Source: a virus
Length of the DNA stretch: 64,000 nucleotides
Strand: one strand, 5' to 3'
Virus record (IMG/VR): IMGVR_UViG_3300035698_009139
In this document: positions 1 to 7,608 of the stretch, in pieces
How the letters are laid out: each line of letters opens with the position of its first letter
Position numbering within the stretch: the first letter of the stretch is position 1
Made by a program: the position numbers and the translations under genes
Notes under the pieces: model-generated
What the model saw: the letters and a program-made list of their open reading frames with translations, nothing else
Told to the model about the DNA's origin: nothing
Database searches by the model: none

Positions 1-52
1 GAGATTGTCAGATCGGGATGGTCTCGCTTCGTCCGTGCCTTCCGACTCACCC

Positions 53-81
53 AATATCACACATTGCACATTCCGAGACAA
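53..81 (-). promoter_or_regulatory. Leftward sigma70-type early promoter, back-to-back with the promoter at 106-134
   Basis: Minus strand TTGTCT (81-76), 17 nt, GATATT (58-53). Confidence 0.6.
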
Positions 82-148
82 CAGCAAATTAAATCATTTT
101 ATCTGTTGTCTGACAACACGAGCAGGCCTATATTGAGGGGGTCAACAA
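79..148 (+). repeat. 70-bp exact direct repeat (copy 1) containing an early promoter
   Basis: Identical to 2685-2754; TTGTCT(106-111)-17-TATATT(129-134), then GTCAAC. Confidence 0.95.
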
Positions 149-161
149 ACGGAGAAATCAA

Positions 162-932
162 ATGCGCGTTACCGAAGAAATCAAGCAGCAGATCAATGAG
201 AAGCTGCAGCAGTCGATCGACCTCGCCGAAGCACATTTCGTCGGCATGAAGTTCCCCTTCCCCACTGTGTCATATAAGGTCAGAGGTCGTGTGGCCGGAT
301 ATGCCAACACCACCCACAACACCGTTGACTTCAATCAGGTCTTGCTGATGGAAAATGTCGATGCATTTATCGCACGAACAGTTCCACATGAAATGGCCCA
401 CCTGATTGATGGTAAAGTCAACCCGGCAGGACATGAAGGCGGCGCCACAGCCGATCGGCACGGTCGGTTCCGGCGCATCAAACGCGACATACACGGTGAG
501 TCGTGGAAGAACGTGATGCGCGTCGTCGGTGCTGAGGCCAGTCGCACGCACTCGTATGACACATCCAACAGCACCGTCCGCACGAAGGCCAAATTCATCT
601 ACAAGTGTGTTGAGCACGGTGCAGAGATGCACCTTGGCGCAAAACGCCACAAGAAACATCAGTCCGGCATCACATACCACCTGAGTGGGCATAAAGGGTG
701 CACATTCGCTCTGCAGTCTGCCAATGCACCTACAGCCCCAGTGCCGGACGACGTGCGTACAAACGCTCCTACCGGGTATTCAAAGCTGGACAAGTGCAGA
801 TCGATATACAGCCTGGAATGGACCAGGCAAGAAGCGCTCGCCGAGTTTCAGGCAGGCGACATCGGATGCACGCCGGCCGGCGCAGCAACATACTACGCCA
901 AGCTGAAAAAAGAATTTGAAGAACAGAGTTGA
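162..932 (+). CDS. SprT-like zinc metalloprotease with a C-terminal small helical (TPAGAxTYY) domain
   Basis: HEMAH (HExxH), HGESWK and RVAGYA motifs of SprT; GGAG RBS. Confidence 0.8.
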   Translation: MRVTEEIKQQINEKLQQSIDLAEAHFVGMKFPFPTVSYKVRGRVAGYANTTHNTVDFNQVLLMENVDAFIARTVPHEMAHLIDGKVNPAGHEGGATADRHGRFRRIKRDIHGESWKNVMRVVGAEASRTHSYDTSNSTVRTKAKFIYKCVEHGAEMHLGAKRHKKHQSGITYHLSGHKGCTFALQSANAPTAPVPDDVRTNAPTGYSKLDKCRSIYSLEWTRQEALAEFQAGDIGCTPAGAATYYAKLKKEFEEQS

Positions 933-969
933 CCCGCACACCCGATTGTGGGATATTAAGTGAGTCAAC
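928..969 (+). promoter_or_regulatory. Early promoter cassette GTTGAC-N30-GTCAAC
   Basis: TTGACC-17-GATATT, followed by AAGGAG RBS. Confidence 0.75.
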
Positions 970-986
970 CAACAAGGAGATACAAG

Positions 987-1898
987 ATGCATACAGTAGA
1001 AGCGAGAGGCGGCCGTTACCACATCGTGAATGGTGAGGGTGTGTCGGTCAAAGATTACGGACACAAGCATACTGCAACGAGCAAGCTCGAAGCGTTCAAC
1101 ACAGTGGCTGACCCGACTGAACAGCTGCTGACATCGCCGGCAGCTCGCTATCCGATCAACAAGCGGTTCGAATTCACATCCGCTCTGGTTCAGATGGTGG
1201 TGGATGGAATCACTCCATCTGCAATTGTCACTGGCGACGGTGGTCTCGGCAAGAGCCATACCGTTCTGGAATCGCTGTACGCTTCCGATATGGAAGACAT
1301 CTCGCTGCTTGAGATGGAAGAAGGCGATGAGATCGAATGCAAAAACGCAGACGGCTCGTTCCGGTACTACAATATTGTCAAAGGTTTTTCAACAGCAAAA
1401 GGGCTGTATGAGATGCTTTATGACAATCGCCACAACCTGATCATCTTCGATGATTGCGATAGTATTCAGAAGGATGCCAACGCGATCAACTTACTGAAAG
1501 GTGCACTTGACTCGTATGACAAGCGTACCATTAGTTGGCAGAAGTCGGCTGGCTTTGGTGATGACTACCCCCGTACTTTCCAGTTCGAGGGCGGTGTAAT
1601 ATTCATCAGCAACATGACACAGGAGCGTCTCGATCAGGCCCTGCGCACACGAGCTATGTGTGTTGATCTCAGCATGACGGTCGCTCAGAAGATAGATCGG
1701 ATTGAGTTTGTTAGTAAGGAGCGCAAATTCCTTCCTGACTATACAGCAGAAGTCAAGGCCGAATCTGTTGAGCTGATTCGGGAGCACATGACCGATGCCA
1801 ATGAGCTGTCAATCCGGTCACTGATCAATGTGTGCAAGATCGCCAAGAACGGTAATGCCGATTGGAAAGACCTCGCGACCTACATGCTCACGAACTAA
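987..1898 (+). CDS. AAA+ / P-loop ATPase
   Basis: Walker A GDGGLGKS, Walker B LIIFDD, sensor FISN, ALRTR arginine finger; start set by AAGGAG RBS. Confidence 0.85.
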   Translation: MHTVEARGGRYHIVNGEGVSVKDYGHKHTATSKLEAFNTVADPTEQLLTSPAARYPINKRFEFTSALVQMVVDGITPSAIVTGDGGLGKSHTVLESLYASDMEDISLLEMEEGDEIECKNADGSFRYYNIVKGFSTAKGLYEMLYDNRHNLIIFDDCDSIQKDANAINLLKGALDSYDKRTISWQKSAGFGDDYPRTFQFEGGVIFISNMTQERLDQALRTRAMCVDLSMTVAQKIDRIEFVSKERKFLPDYTAEVKAESVELIREHMTDANELSIRSLINVCKIAKNGNADWKDLATYMLTN

Positions 1899-1908
1899 AG
1901 GTCAACAG

Positions 1909-1960
1909 GTAATTAATTGTTGACTGGGTCGGTGTCCTCCGGGATGCTGGCTCAGTCAAC
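1909..1960 (+). promoter_or_regulatory. Hairpin early promoter cassette (52-bp exact repeat of 3493-3544)
   Basis: TTGACT-17-GATGCT; 1919-1960 folds into a ~19-bp stem with G:T pairs. Confidence 0.8.
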
Positions 1961-1976
1961 CAAAAGGAACGATGTG

Positions 1977-2147
1977 ATGAATGAACTGATCAAAGCGATG
2001 GAACGTCTGACAGCATGGAACGCATTTGCGATCGCTGTCATCGATGGAAACCGATTCGAAGACATGGGCCCGGCATATTGCCACCAGGTGCCCGTCGATG
2101 ACGCAATAGCGAACGGCGCGCGGTACATGGCGAGGTACGCCCGATGA
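1977..2147 (+). CDS. Hypothetical early protein
   Basis: ATG after promoter and AAGGA RBS; overlaps the start of the next gene. Confidence 0.65.
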   Translation: MNELIKAMERLTAWNAFAIAVIDGNRFEDMGPAYCHQVPVDDAIANGARYMARYAR

Positions 2148-2356
2148 TGTGCTCCGAGTGCAAGGACCGCGCACACACCGCTGCTGATGACGCACAGCTC
2201 GTTGCTGACCAGCGGGAAGTGTTCATCGGCTGGATGGAGAGCATCGCAGCGGACAAGCCCGGACACACGCTGTCTACCACCTTCCTGCAGGAGAAGGCAG
2301 CAGTCGTGTCGCGCAACGTGCAGGGCGCTCTGGACCAGTGGGTTGAGATAATCTGA
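2144..2356 (+). CDS. Hypothetical early protein
   Basis: ATGA overlap with upstream gene. Confidence 0.6.
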   Translation: MMCSECKDRAHTAADDAQLVADQREVFIGWMESIAADKPGHTLSTTFLQEKAAVVSRNVQGALDQWVEII

Positions 2357-2363
2357 TATAGCT

Positions 2364-2405
2364 GTTGACCTCGATTGATGTACGACGTACATTGATCAAG
2401 TCAAC
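2364..2405 (+). promoter_or_regulatory. Hairpin early promoter cassette
   Basis: TTGACC-17-TACATT; GTTGAC-N30-GTCAAC with internal ATGTACG-A-CGTACAT palindrome. Confidence 0.8.
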
Positions 2406-2423
2406 ACACAACGGAGAAATAAG

Positions 2424-2564
2424 ATGCCAGATCGCGATGATACGGACTACAAGAACAACCTCGACCTGTTCGAAAACGACACACAGTTCGATGCAGACTT
2501 CGAGCGCTATCTGGACCAGAAATATGATGTGGAGCAGTATCTCCGGGCGGCTGACGCGGCCTAA
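2424..2564 (+). CDS. 46-aa acidic early mini-protein (not in ORF track)
   Basis: GGAG RBS; MPDRDDTDYKNNLDLFENDTQFDADFERYLDQKYDVEQYLRAADAA; flanked by promoter and terminator. Confidence 0.75.
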   Translation: MPDRDDTDYKNNLDLFENDTQFDADFERYLDQKYDVEQYLRAADAA

Positions 2565-2589
2565 CACAGGCGCGACAAGCTGCTAACTT

Positions 2590-2626
2590 ACCGCCGGGTG
2601 GCTCACGCTGCTCGGCGGTCTTTTTA
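2590..2626 (+). terminator. Rho-independent terminator
   Basis: ACCGCCGGGTGGC-TCAC-GCTGCTCGGCGGT stem followed by CTTTTT. Confidence 0.8.
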
Positions 2627-2658
2627 TATGCGCCCGCCGAAAATCAAGACGGCACTTC

Positions 2659-2687
2659 ATTGTCGCACACCCCTGGCCCAACGTCAA
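2659..2687 (-). promoter_or_regulatory. Leftward (antisense) sigma70-type promoter candidate
   Basis: Minus strand TTGACG-17-GACAAT, back-to-back with the promoter at 2712. Confidence 0.5.
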
Positions 2688-2754
2688 CAGCAAATTAAAT
2701 CATTTTATCTGTTGTCTGACAACACGAGCAGGCCTATATTGAGGGGGTCAACAA
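2685..2754 (+). repeat. 70-bp exact direct repeat (copy 2) containing an early promoter
   Basis: Identical to 79-148. Confidence 0.95.
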
Positions 2755-2767
2755 CAGGAGCAATCGA

Positions 2768-3232
2768 ATGAACAAGTGGATCAAAATAGCAGCAGTCGCA
2801 TTAGCAGTAGCAGCGCCCAGCACGGCAGCAGCAGGCTACTATGACGCCGACCGCTCTACCGTTCGCAACATTCATCTGGATGTCAACTGGGAGATCAAAT
2901 ACACATCTGATAAGAAGCAGTATGGCGTAACCGACAAATGGGTTGTTGACCCGGCCAGCAAAAAAGGGGACTGCGAGGACTACGCAGTTACCAAGCGGGC
3001 GAAAGCAATCGCCGCCGGGATTGCACCGGATCGGCTGAAGCTGATCATGTTTATCAGCAAGCGATACGCCACCGGCCACCTTGTGCTGATGCTGGATGAT
3101 AAGCATGTGTATGACAACGTTGCAAAACGCAGCTATGACAATCCCTGGTCGGGGAAGCGGATGTTGAAGTTCACGAAGTATGGATTTAATGTGCATGCGG
3201 TCGGATATGCTGTTGTGCCGAATCACGATTAG
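2768..3232 (+). CDS. Secreted transglutaminase-like cysteine peptidase (BTLCP / peptidase C93, LapG-like)
   Basis: Signal peptide; GDCEDYA catalytic Cys motif, GHLVL His, YDN Asp. Confidence 0.85.
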   Translation: MNKWIKIAAVALAVAAPSTAAAGYYDADRSTVRNIHLDVNWEIKYTSDKKQYGVTDKWVVDPASKKGDCEDYAVTKRAKAIAAGIAPDRLKLIMFISKRYATGHLVLMLDDKHVYDNVAKRSYDNPWSGKRMLKFTKYGFNVHAVGYAVVPNHD

Positions 3233-3241
3233 TCCTATATT
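3213..3241 (+). promoter_or_regulatory. Early promoter overlapping the 3' end of the BTLCP gene
   Basis: TTGTGC-17-TATATT. Confidence 0.65.
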
Positions 3242-3274
3242 GCGGGGGTCAGCAATCAACCAAGGAACAAACAA

Positions 3275-3496
3275 ATGACCGTACGAATTTGGAACAAGAC
3301 AGATACCCAGGCAACGATCAAGCGGCTTCGTGAAGCTGGATACATCGTTGCAAAGAGCGCGGCCGGCACCTACCGGATCGTTGATGACATTATCAACAAC
3401 AAGGAATGGATGCATGAGGACGGCAAGCCGCTGTTCCGCGCAATGATCGGAAACAACGGATATCTGGTCAACTTCCATTCGGATCTGATGTCGTAA
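3275..3496 (+). CDS. Hypothetical early protein
   Basis: AAGGA RBS, promoter upstream. Confidence 0.75.
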   Translation: MTVRIWNKTDTQATIKRLREAGYIVAKSAAGTYRIVDDIINNKEWMHEDGKPLFRAMIGNNGYLVNFHSDLMS

Positions 3497-3544
3497 TTAA
3501 TTGTTGACTGGGTCGGTGTCCTCCGGGATGCTGGCTCAGTCAAC
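3493..3544 (+). repeat. Hairpin promoter cassette, exact copy of 1909-1960
   Basis: 52-bp identity. Confidence 0.95.
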
Positions 3545-3558
3545 TGAGGAGATTCAAA

Positions 3559-3729
3559 ATGGCGAAAACAGTAGCTGAGCGTCTCGATGCGATGGACCAG
3601 CAGATCTTCAACCTGCAGTCGGAATTGGAATTCGGTCACGCCACCGGCCGCGAGCGGGTCAATAAGGTGGGCAAGTTGGCCGAGTTGTTCTTGCGCTTCG
3701 ATGCGCTGCGCAAGCAGGCGGGCGTCTGA
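3559..3729 (+). CDS. 56-aa helical early protein (not in ORF track)
   Basis: GAGGAG RBS; MAKTVAERLDAMDQQIFNLQ...; TGATG coupling to the next gene. Confidence 0.75.
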   Translation: MAKTVAERLDAMDQQIFNLQSELEFGHATGRERVNKVGKLAELFLRFDALRKQAGV

Positions 3730-3953
3730 TGAACGGCCCATGGAATCACGCACGAGCAGAGTGGCAGCAGCATGTCGAGCGCAAGCTGGTCAAGCTGCGG
3801 AAGTGCCACCAGCATCTGGTAGGCGTCCGGATCGATGGCGACGGCCTGTTCGACATGGGCCCGATCGACCGGATGATCGCAGACACTGTTTCCAACATAG
3901 CTGAATATGAGGCGGAAGTCAACGCTAAAATAAATGGAGATAATCTAAATTAG
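3729..3953 (+). CDS. Hypothetical early protein
   Basis: Translational coupling to the upstream gene. Confidence 0.65.
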   Translation: MNGPWNHARAEWQQHVERKLVKLRKCHQHLVGVRIDGDGLFDMGPIDRMIADTVSNIAEYEAEVNAKINGDNLN

Positions 3954-3956
3954 TTG

Positions 3957-3985
3957 TTGTGCCATAATGCTAGCTGTCCTATATT
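3957..3985 (+). promoter_or_regulatory. Early promoter
   Basis: TTGTGC-17-TATATT. Confidence 0.65.
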
Positions 3986-4028
3986 GGGGTTGTTAGAGAG
4001 ACATCAATCAAACCAAGGAAGAAAACAG

Positions 4029-4274
4029 ATGACCAAATTATCCAACGTCGCAGTCGCAGTTGAAGCCATCACCACCAATAAGGCTTCGGAAGTTCCGGAA
4101 TCTGCCAAGGCCGTGATCACCTCGCTCCAGACCACGTTCGGCAAATCTCGCGCATCGGCATCGTCCACCTACTACGCTGCCAAGCAGCTGGTTGAAAAGA
4201 CCGAAGCTGATGCGAAGCGTGAGGCCAAGAATGCCAAGCGTCGGAAATCCAATGCGGCCAAAAAGGCCGACTAA
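4029..4274 (+). CDS. Small basic protein, putative DNA-binding (SASSTYY motif, Lys/Ala tail)
   Basis: AAGGA RBS; resembles the TPAGASTYY domain at 12268-12630. Confidence 0.7.
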   Translation: MTKLSNVAVAVEAITTNKASEVPESAKAVITSLQTTFGKSRASASSTYYAAKQLVEKTEADAKREAKNAKRRKSNAAKKAD

Positions 4275-4281
4275 TCGGACC

Positions 4282-4307
4282 GGGGCTTGATGCAGAAGTC
4301 AAGCCCC
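4282..4307 (+). terminator. Stem-loop downstream of the gene
   Basis: GGGGCTTGA-8nt-TCAAGCCCC; no clear U-tract. Confidence 0.45.
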
Positions 4308-4315
4308 AATTCGCT

Positions 4316-4357
4316 GTTGTCTGGCAATCGACCAGCTGCTAGGTTGGGGAGGTCAAC
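4316..4357 (+). promoter_or_regulatory. Early promoter cassette
   Basis: TTGTCT-17-TAGGTT, then GTCAACAACAGGAGCAATCGAATG identical to the leader at 2747. Confidence 0.7.
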
Positions 4358-4372
4358 AACAGGAGCAATCGA

Positions 4373-4504
4373 ATGACAACCAAACAAAACGTTTTCCTCT
4401 TTCTCGGGGCCCTCACAGTAAATTCCAAAGTTCCTCATTTCATCCAAATCAGAGCACTCAAAATCCAAACTTGGATGGGATCATATGAAGAGATGGGTTT
4501 GTAA
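4373..4504 (+). CDS. 43-aa early mini-protein (not in ORF track)
   Basis: AGGAG RBS; MTTKQNVFLFLGALTV...EEMGL, between two promoters. Confidence 0.6.
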   Translation: MTTKQNVFLFLGALTVNSKVPHFIQIRALKIQTWMGSYEEMGL

Positions 4505-4518
4505 CAGCAAAATAAGCT

Positions 4519-4560
4519 GTTGACCCAAATCCCCCAAACAGGTAGATTGGGGGAGTCAAC
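4519..4560 (+). promoter_or_regulatory. Hairpin early promoter cassette
   Basis: TTGACC-17-TAGATT; GTTGAC/GTCAAC plus TCCCCCAA/TTGGGGGA pairing. Confidence 0.8.
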
Positions 4561-4578
4561 AAACAAAGGAACGACCAG

Positions 4579-4938
4579 ATGGCACAGATCGAAATCACAG
4601 ATGCAATCGCCTACGAAGGAAACGCCTATCAGTATGCGATGGAAGATGGAGTGGGAACATATCTGGTCCCCTGCATCGAAGCTCATACAGCTGATGGTGG
4701 GACGTTCACATTCCCGAACGAGGTTCACACCACGTGGGATGATCGAGGCGGCGCTGGGCTTCACGCCCGCTTCGATATTATGAAGGGACACGAGATCGCA
4801 GCCGAAGTCAAGCGCCGCGGATGGATCGATGGAGATCATTGGCAGGACGTTACCGGCTTCGTAGACACTCGCTCATACGAGCAGAAGTGTGACGATGAAT
4901 ACGAACGCGAGTGCATGGAGCGTGCAGGCTGGCGTTAA
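4579..4938 (+). CDS. Acidic hypothetical early protein
   Basis: AAGGA RBS, promoter upstream. Confidence 0.8.
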   Translation: MAQIEITDAIAYEGNAYQYAMEDGVGTYLVPCIEAHTADGGTFTFPNEVHTTWDDRGGAGLHARFDIMKGHEIAAEVKRRGWIDGDHWQDVTGFVDTRSYEQKCDDEYERECMERAGWR

Positions 4939-4945
4939 TTTAATC

Positions 4946-4986
4946 GTTGACTGGGGCATCGTTCTCGGGATGATGTCTCAGTCAAC
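4946..4986 (+). promoter_or_regulatory. Hairpin early promoter cassette
   Basis: TTGACT-16-GATGAT; 19-bp stem with G:T pairs. Confidence 0.75.
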
Positions 4987-5001
4987 AACAGGAGATATGA
5001 G

Positions 5002-5187
5002 ATGAAGATCGGTGATACAGTTAGCTTCAAAGACGATGTCGAGATGACCGGCAAGATCACCCACCGGCATGTGATGATGAACACTTACGGCAGTAACGCA
5101 CTGGTGTTTGATATCGAGGTCGATCAGGGACGTGGTGCTGAATCGTACCGTGTCGAAGCCAAGTCCTGCTGGGTCGAGGAAGACTGA
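5002..5187 (+). CDS. Small SH3/KOW-like beta protein
   Basis: MKIGDTVSF...GKI motif; AGGAG RBS. Confidence 0.7.
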   Translation: MKIGDTVSFKDDVEMTGKITHRHVMMNTYGSNALVFDIEVDQGRGAESYRVEAKSCWVEED

Positions 5188-5399
5188 TGAGTACGTATGA
5201 TTTTATCAGGGCGGCGTGGGAGCTGAAGCAGGTCGAGCTGAAAGCAGCTCGGGAGCATGTTCGGCAGCTGGAGGATCATGTCAGTGACCTCGCGGACATG
5301 TTACATGATGAGGTTGAGGCATCCCGAGTCCTGCTGGGCTTGATTCAGCCGGACGAAGAGGCGGACTGCAACCCGACGGTGCCGCGGAAGCTGCGTTGA
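5187..5399 (+). CDS. Hypothetical coiled-coil protein
   Basis: TGATG coupling. Confidence 0.65.
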   Translation: MSTYDFIRAAWELKQVELKAAREHVRQLEDHVSDLADMLHDEVEASRVLLGLIQPDEEADCNPTVPRKLR

Positions 5400-5541
5400 C
5401 TTTTGAAAACAGCCGGGGGGCGTATATACGGCGGCCGGTAGTTTCGACGTACGTGGTAGATATCCATCATATAGAATCGACGGCCGGCGGACAAAATAAC
5501 ACGACTCGAATTTTTTTCCACACAGATAAAAGGCGTCAGAG

Positions 5542-5772
5542 ATGAGTTTGCCAGAACGCGGAAGTTTCATCGATCATCAGAATTTTCTTGAGCACCGGAT
5601 CGAGAAAAACCGCGCATCTTTGTTTAAGATGAAGATCACGTGGTTATGGAGCGATCCAGACTACAAACGGATTGGAGACCAGCTGATTGAGTCGTGTCAG
5701 CATGCAATACAAGCTGATGAGCGCGAGTGGGAGCAGTTGACCGGAAAAGATATCAGAGAATGTGAGGATTAA
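5542..5772 (+). CDS. Hypothetical protein
   Basis: ORF with AAGG RBS. Confidence 0.6.
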   Translation: MSLPERGSFIDHQNFLEHRIEKNRASLFKMKITWLWSDPDYKRIGDQLIESCQHAIQADEREWEQLTGKDIRECED

Positions 5773-5775
5773 CTG

Positions 5776-5804
5776 TTGTCTGATGATCTCGATGTGTATA
5801 CGAT
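5776..5804 (+). promoter_or_regulatory. Early promoter of paralog array A
   Basis: TTGTCT-17-TACGAT; leader GAGGTATC..AAATGGAG shared with 8739-8790. Confidence 0.65.
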
Positions 5805-5831
5805 GAGGTATCGAATAAATGGAGCGATATT

Positions 5832-6278
5832 ATGAGCGACACATACGACGAACAAATTGAGGCGCTGCTGAGCGGCGATGTTTCGACCTACTATAAATTG
5901 GTCGGCGATTATTATCGGCGATACGACCGATACGACCTCGAAAGACCGCCGACATTCCACTTCACTGCTTGGAATGTCGGCGGCGATTACCCGGATAGCA
6001 TTTTCTCGAAGATTGGGGAGACTGGGCGATGCGCTTCCCAGATCGAGTACTCGCGGCGATGGTGGGGTGCCGGCAAGATAGATGCAGCTGGCGCGAAAAT
6101 CAAGGCCGCCGTGATGAAAGGATCGACCGTATCTCTGCCGCGATTGGCAAATCCGTTTCTCCTCCGAAAGACCGTTTTCACCCGAGAGCAGCTGGAAGAG
6201 TTCGCCCGGCGGCAACGCGCGGCGGCCGCATATGCAGAAGAACTCGAATCACTGAAGGAGTTTACCGCAGATGTTTAA
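5832..6278 (+). CDS. Hypothetical protein, tandem paralog family A (1/3)
   Basis: DTYDEQI...WN...CAS.IE...FTREQLEEFARRQR shared with the next two genes. Confidence 0.85.
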   Translation: MSDTYDEQIEALLSGDVSTYYKLVGDYYRRYDRYDLERPPTFHFTAWNVGGDYPDSIFSKIGETGRCASQIEYSRRWWGAGKIDAAGAKIKAAVMKGSTVSLPRLANPFLLRKTVFTREQLEEFARRQRAAAAYAEELESLKEFTADV

Positions 6279-6786
6279 TACACCGAGCGCCGACACATAC
6301 GACACATACGACGAACAAATCGATGCGATTATGTCCAGCGACAAGCTTGCCTACTGGGAGCTGATAACCGAAGACTGGATCGATGCGGCCGACCATACGC
6401 GCGAGTCTGGTACCTCACATTACGAGATGTGGAACAGCAGTGGGGCCCACAAATCCAGCCTATTTGCATTCCTTCCGCAAGGGTGTGTCGGCGGGCAGTG
6501 TGCTAGCACAATCGAGCACATGTACTCGGGCGAGATCGAGGAGGAAGGCTCTACTGCAATCAAGGATATCAGAGATGCTATAATGCTGGGCAGCACCCCT
6601 CTGCCGGACATGCAAAGCAATCGGTTTCAGACGCCGGATGGGGATTCGGGTTTTGACTCTGCTGCGCAGCTGATGGCCGATACCATCCGGCGGCAAGATC
6701 AACGCCACGACTTCAAATTCACCCTCGGTGAGCTGAAAGAGTTTGCTCGCCGGCAACGCATAGCAAGGATCGAATACAATGCCTGA
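6271..6786 (+). CDS. Hypothetical protein, family A (2/3)
   Basis: Same motifs. Confidence 0.85.
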   Translation: MFNTPSADTYDTYDEQIDAIMSSDKLAYWELITEDWIDAADHTRESGTSHYEMWNSSGAHKSSLFAFLPQGCVGGQCASTIEHMYSGEIEEEGSTAIKDIRDAIMLGSTPLPDMQSNRFQTPDGDSGFDSAAQLMADTIRRQDQRHDFKFTLGELKEFARRQRIARIEYNA

Positions 6787-7225
6787 TACATATGACGCCC
6801 AAATTGACGCGCTACTCAGCCACGACTACCAAGCGTTCTGGGATCTGATTTATCCGGAGGAAGAAGGCGGCCACCACGGTCAATCGAAAGATCACTTCGA
6901 GATGTGGAACAGCTCTGGTGCCGTCTCGCACAGTCTATTCGCATTCCTTCCGCAGGAATATGTGTGCGGCTTATGTGCTTCAACAATTGAGCACATAAGC
7001 CTGGGATCGGTCGCCGGCCGCCTCGCAGAGATTCGAAGTAAACTAATTGCTGGCGGGCCCTCGCTGCCTAACATGCAGACCTCGGAGTTCATGGATCCGA
7101 GTTTTGAGGTGCCTTCTGACGCAGTGGCGTTGTCCCGCAGTCAGAACAGGCGCAGCTTCAAATTCACCCGCGAGCAGCTGGAAGAGTTCGCTCGTCGGCA
7201 ACGATTGGCAAGGAGCATGTTATGA
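6779..7225 (+). CDS. Hypothetical protein, family A (3/3)
   Basis: Same motifs. Confidence 0.85.
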   Translation: MPDTYDAQIDALLSHDYQAFWDLIYPEEEGGHHGQSKDHFEMWNSSGAVSHSLFAFLPQEYVCGLCASTIEHISLGSVAGRLAEIRSKLIAGGPSLPNMQTSEFMDPSFEVPSDAVALSRSQNRRSFKFTREQLEEFARRQRLARSML

Positions 7226-7608
7226 TAGGACCTCATACGTTCGACGACTTCAAGACGTGGCTTTTGGAACAGGATCCGGACCTCACCTACGATTGGTTCG
7301 ACGGCAAGATGTGCCCCGTCGGCCGGTTCTTAGCTGATTATGGCTACCAGGGATTCACCAGCGAGTTTAGTGAGCTGTTCGAAGGTGTCACCGTGATCAG
7401 CGGGCCCGATGTTGAATTTGATGCATTTGATGCGTTCCGGGCCCGGTTCAACCAAGACCCACGTGAAATCATATATGAGTTCCTGCTGCTGAACAATGAA
7501 GGGAAAGATGTATCAACGAAGTATTCTAGTTCTGGTGGGCGGCGAGGTTCGTTGATGGCTACGGCGCAGGCTCGGATCAAGCGATTCGAATACACCGGTG
7601 ATGTCTGA
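7222..7608 (+). CDS. Hypothetical protein, paralog family B
   Basis: TFDDFKTWL..QDP...YDW.....CPVGRF. Confidence 0.8.
   Translation: MIGPHTFDDFKTWLLEQDPDLTYDWFDGKMCPVGRFLADYGYQGFTSEFSELFEGVTVISGPDVEFDAFDAFRARFNQDPREIIYEFLLLNNEGKDVSTKYSSSGGRRGSLMATAQARIKRFEYTGDV

Noticed and set aside
1876-1906. Antisense promoter into the AAA ATPase (TTGACC-17-TAGGTC)
   Set aside because: The -10 lacks the final T present in all other cassettes; too weak to call.
1909-1923. CtrA boxes (TTAA-N7-TTAA) near early promoters
   Set aside because: Only partial matches (e.g. GTAA-N7-TTGA), with inconsistent spacing between cassettes.
79-4986. Repeats as a CRISPR array or integron attC sites
   Set aside because: Spacing is gene-sized and irregular, each unit has -35/-10 plus RBS, and there is no cas or integrase in the window. 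The GTT...AAC hairpins only superficially resemble attC.
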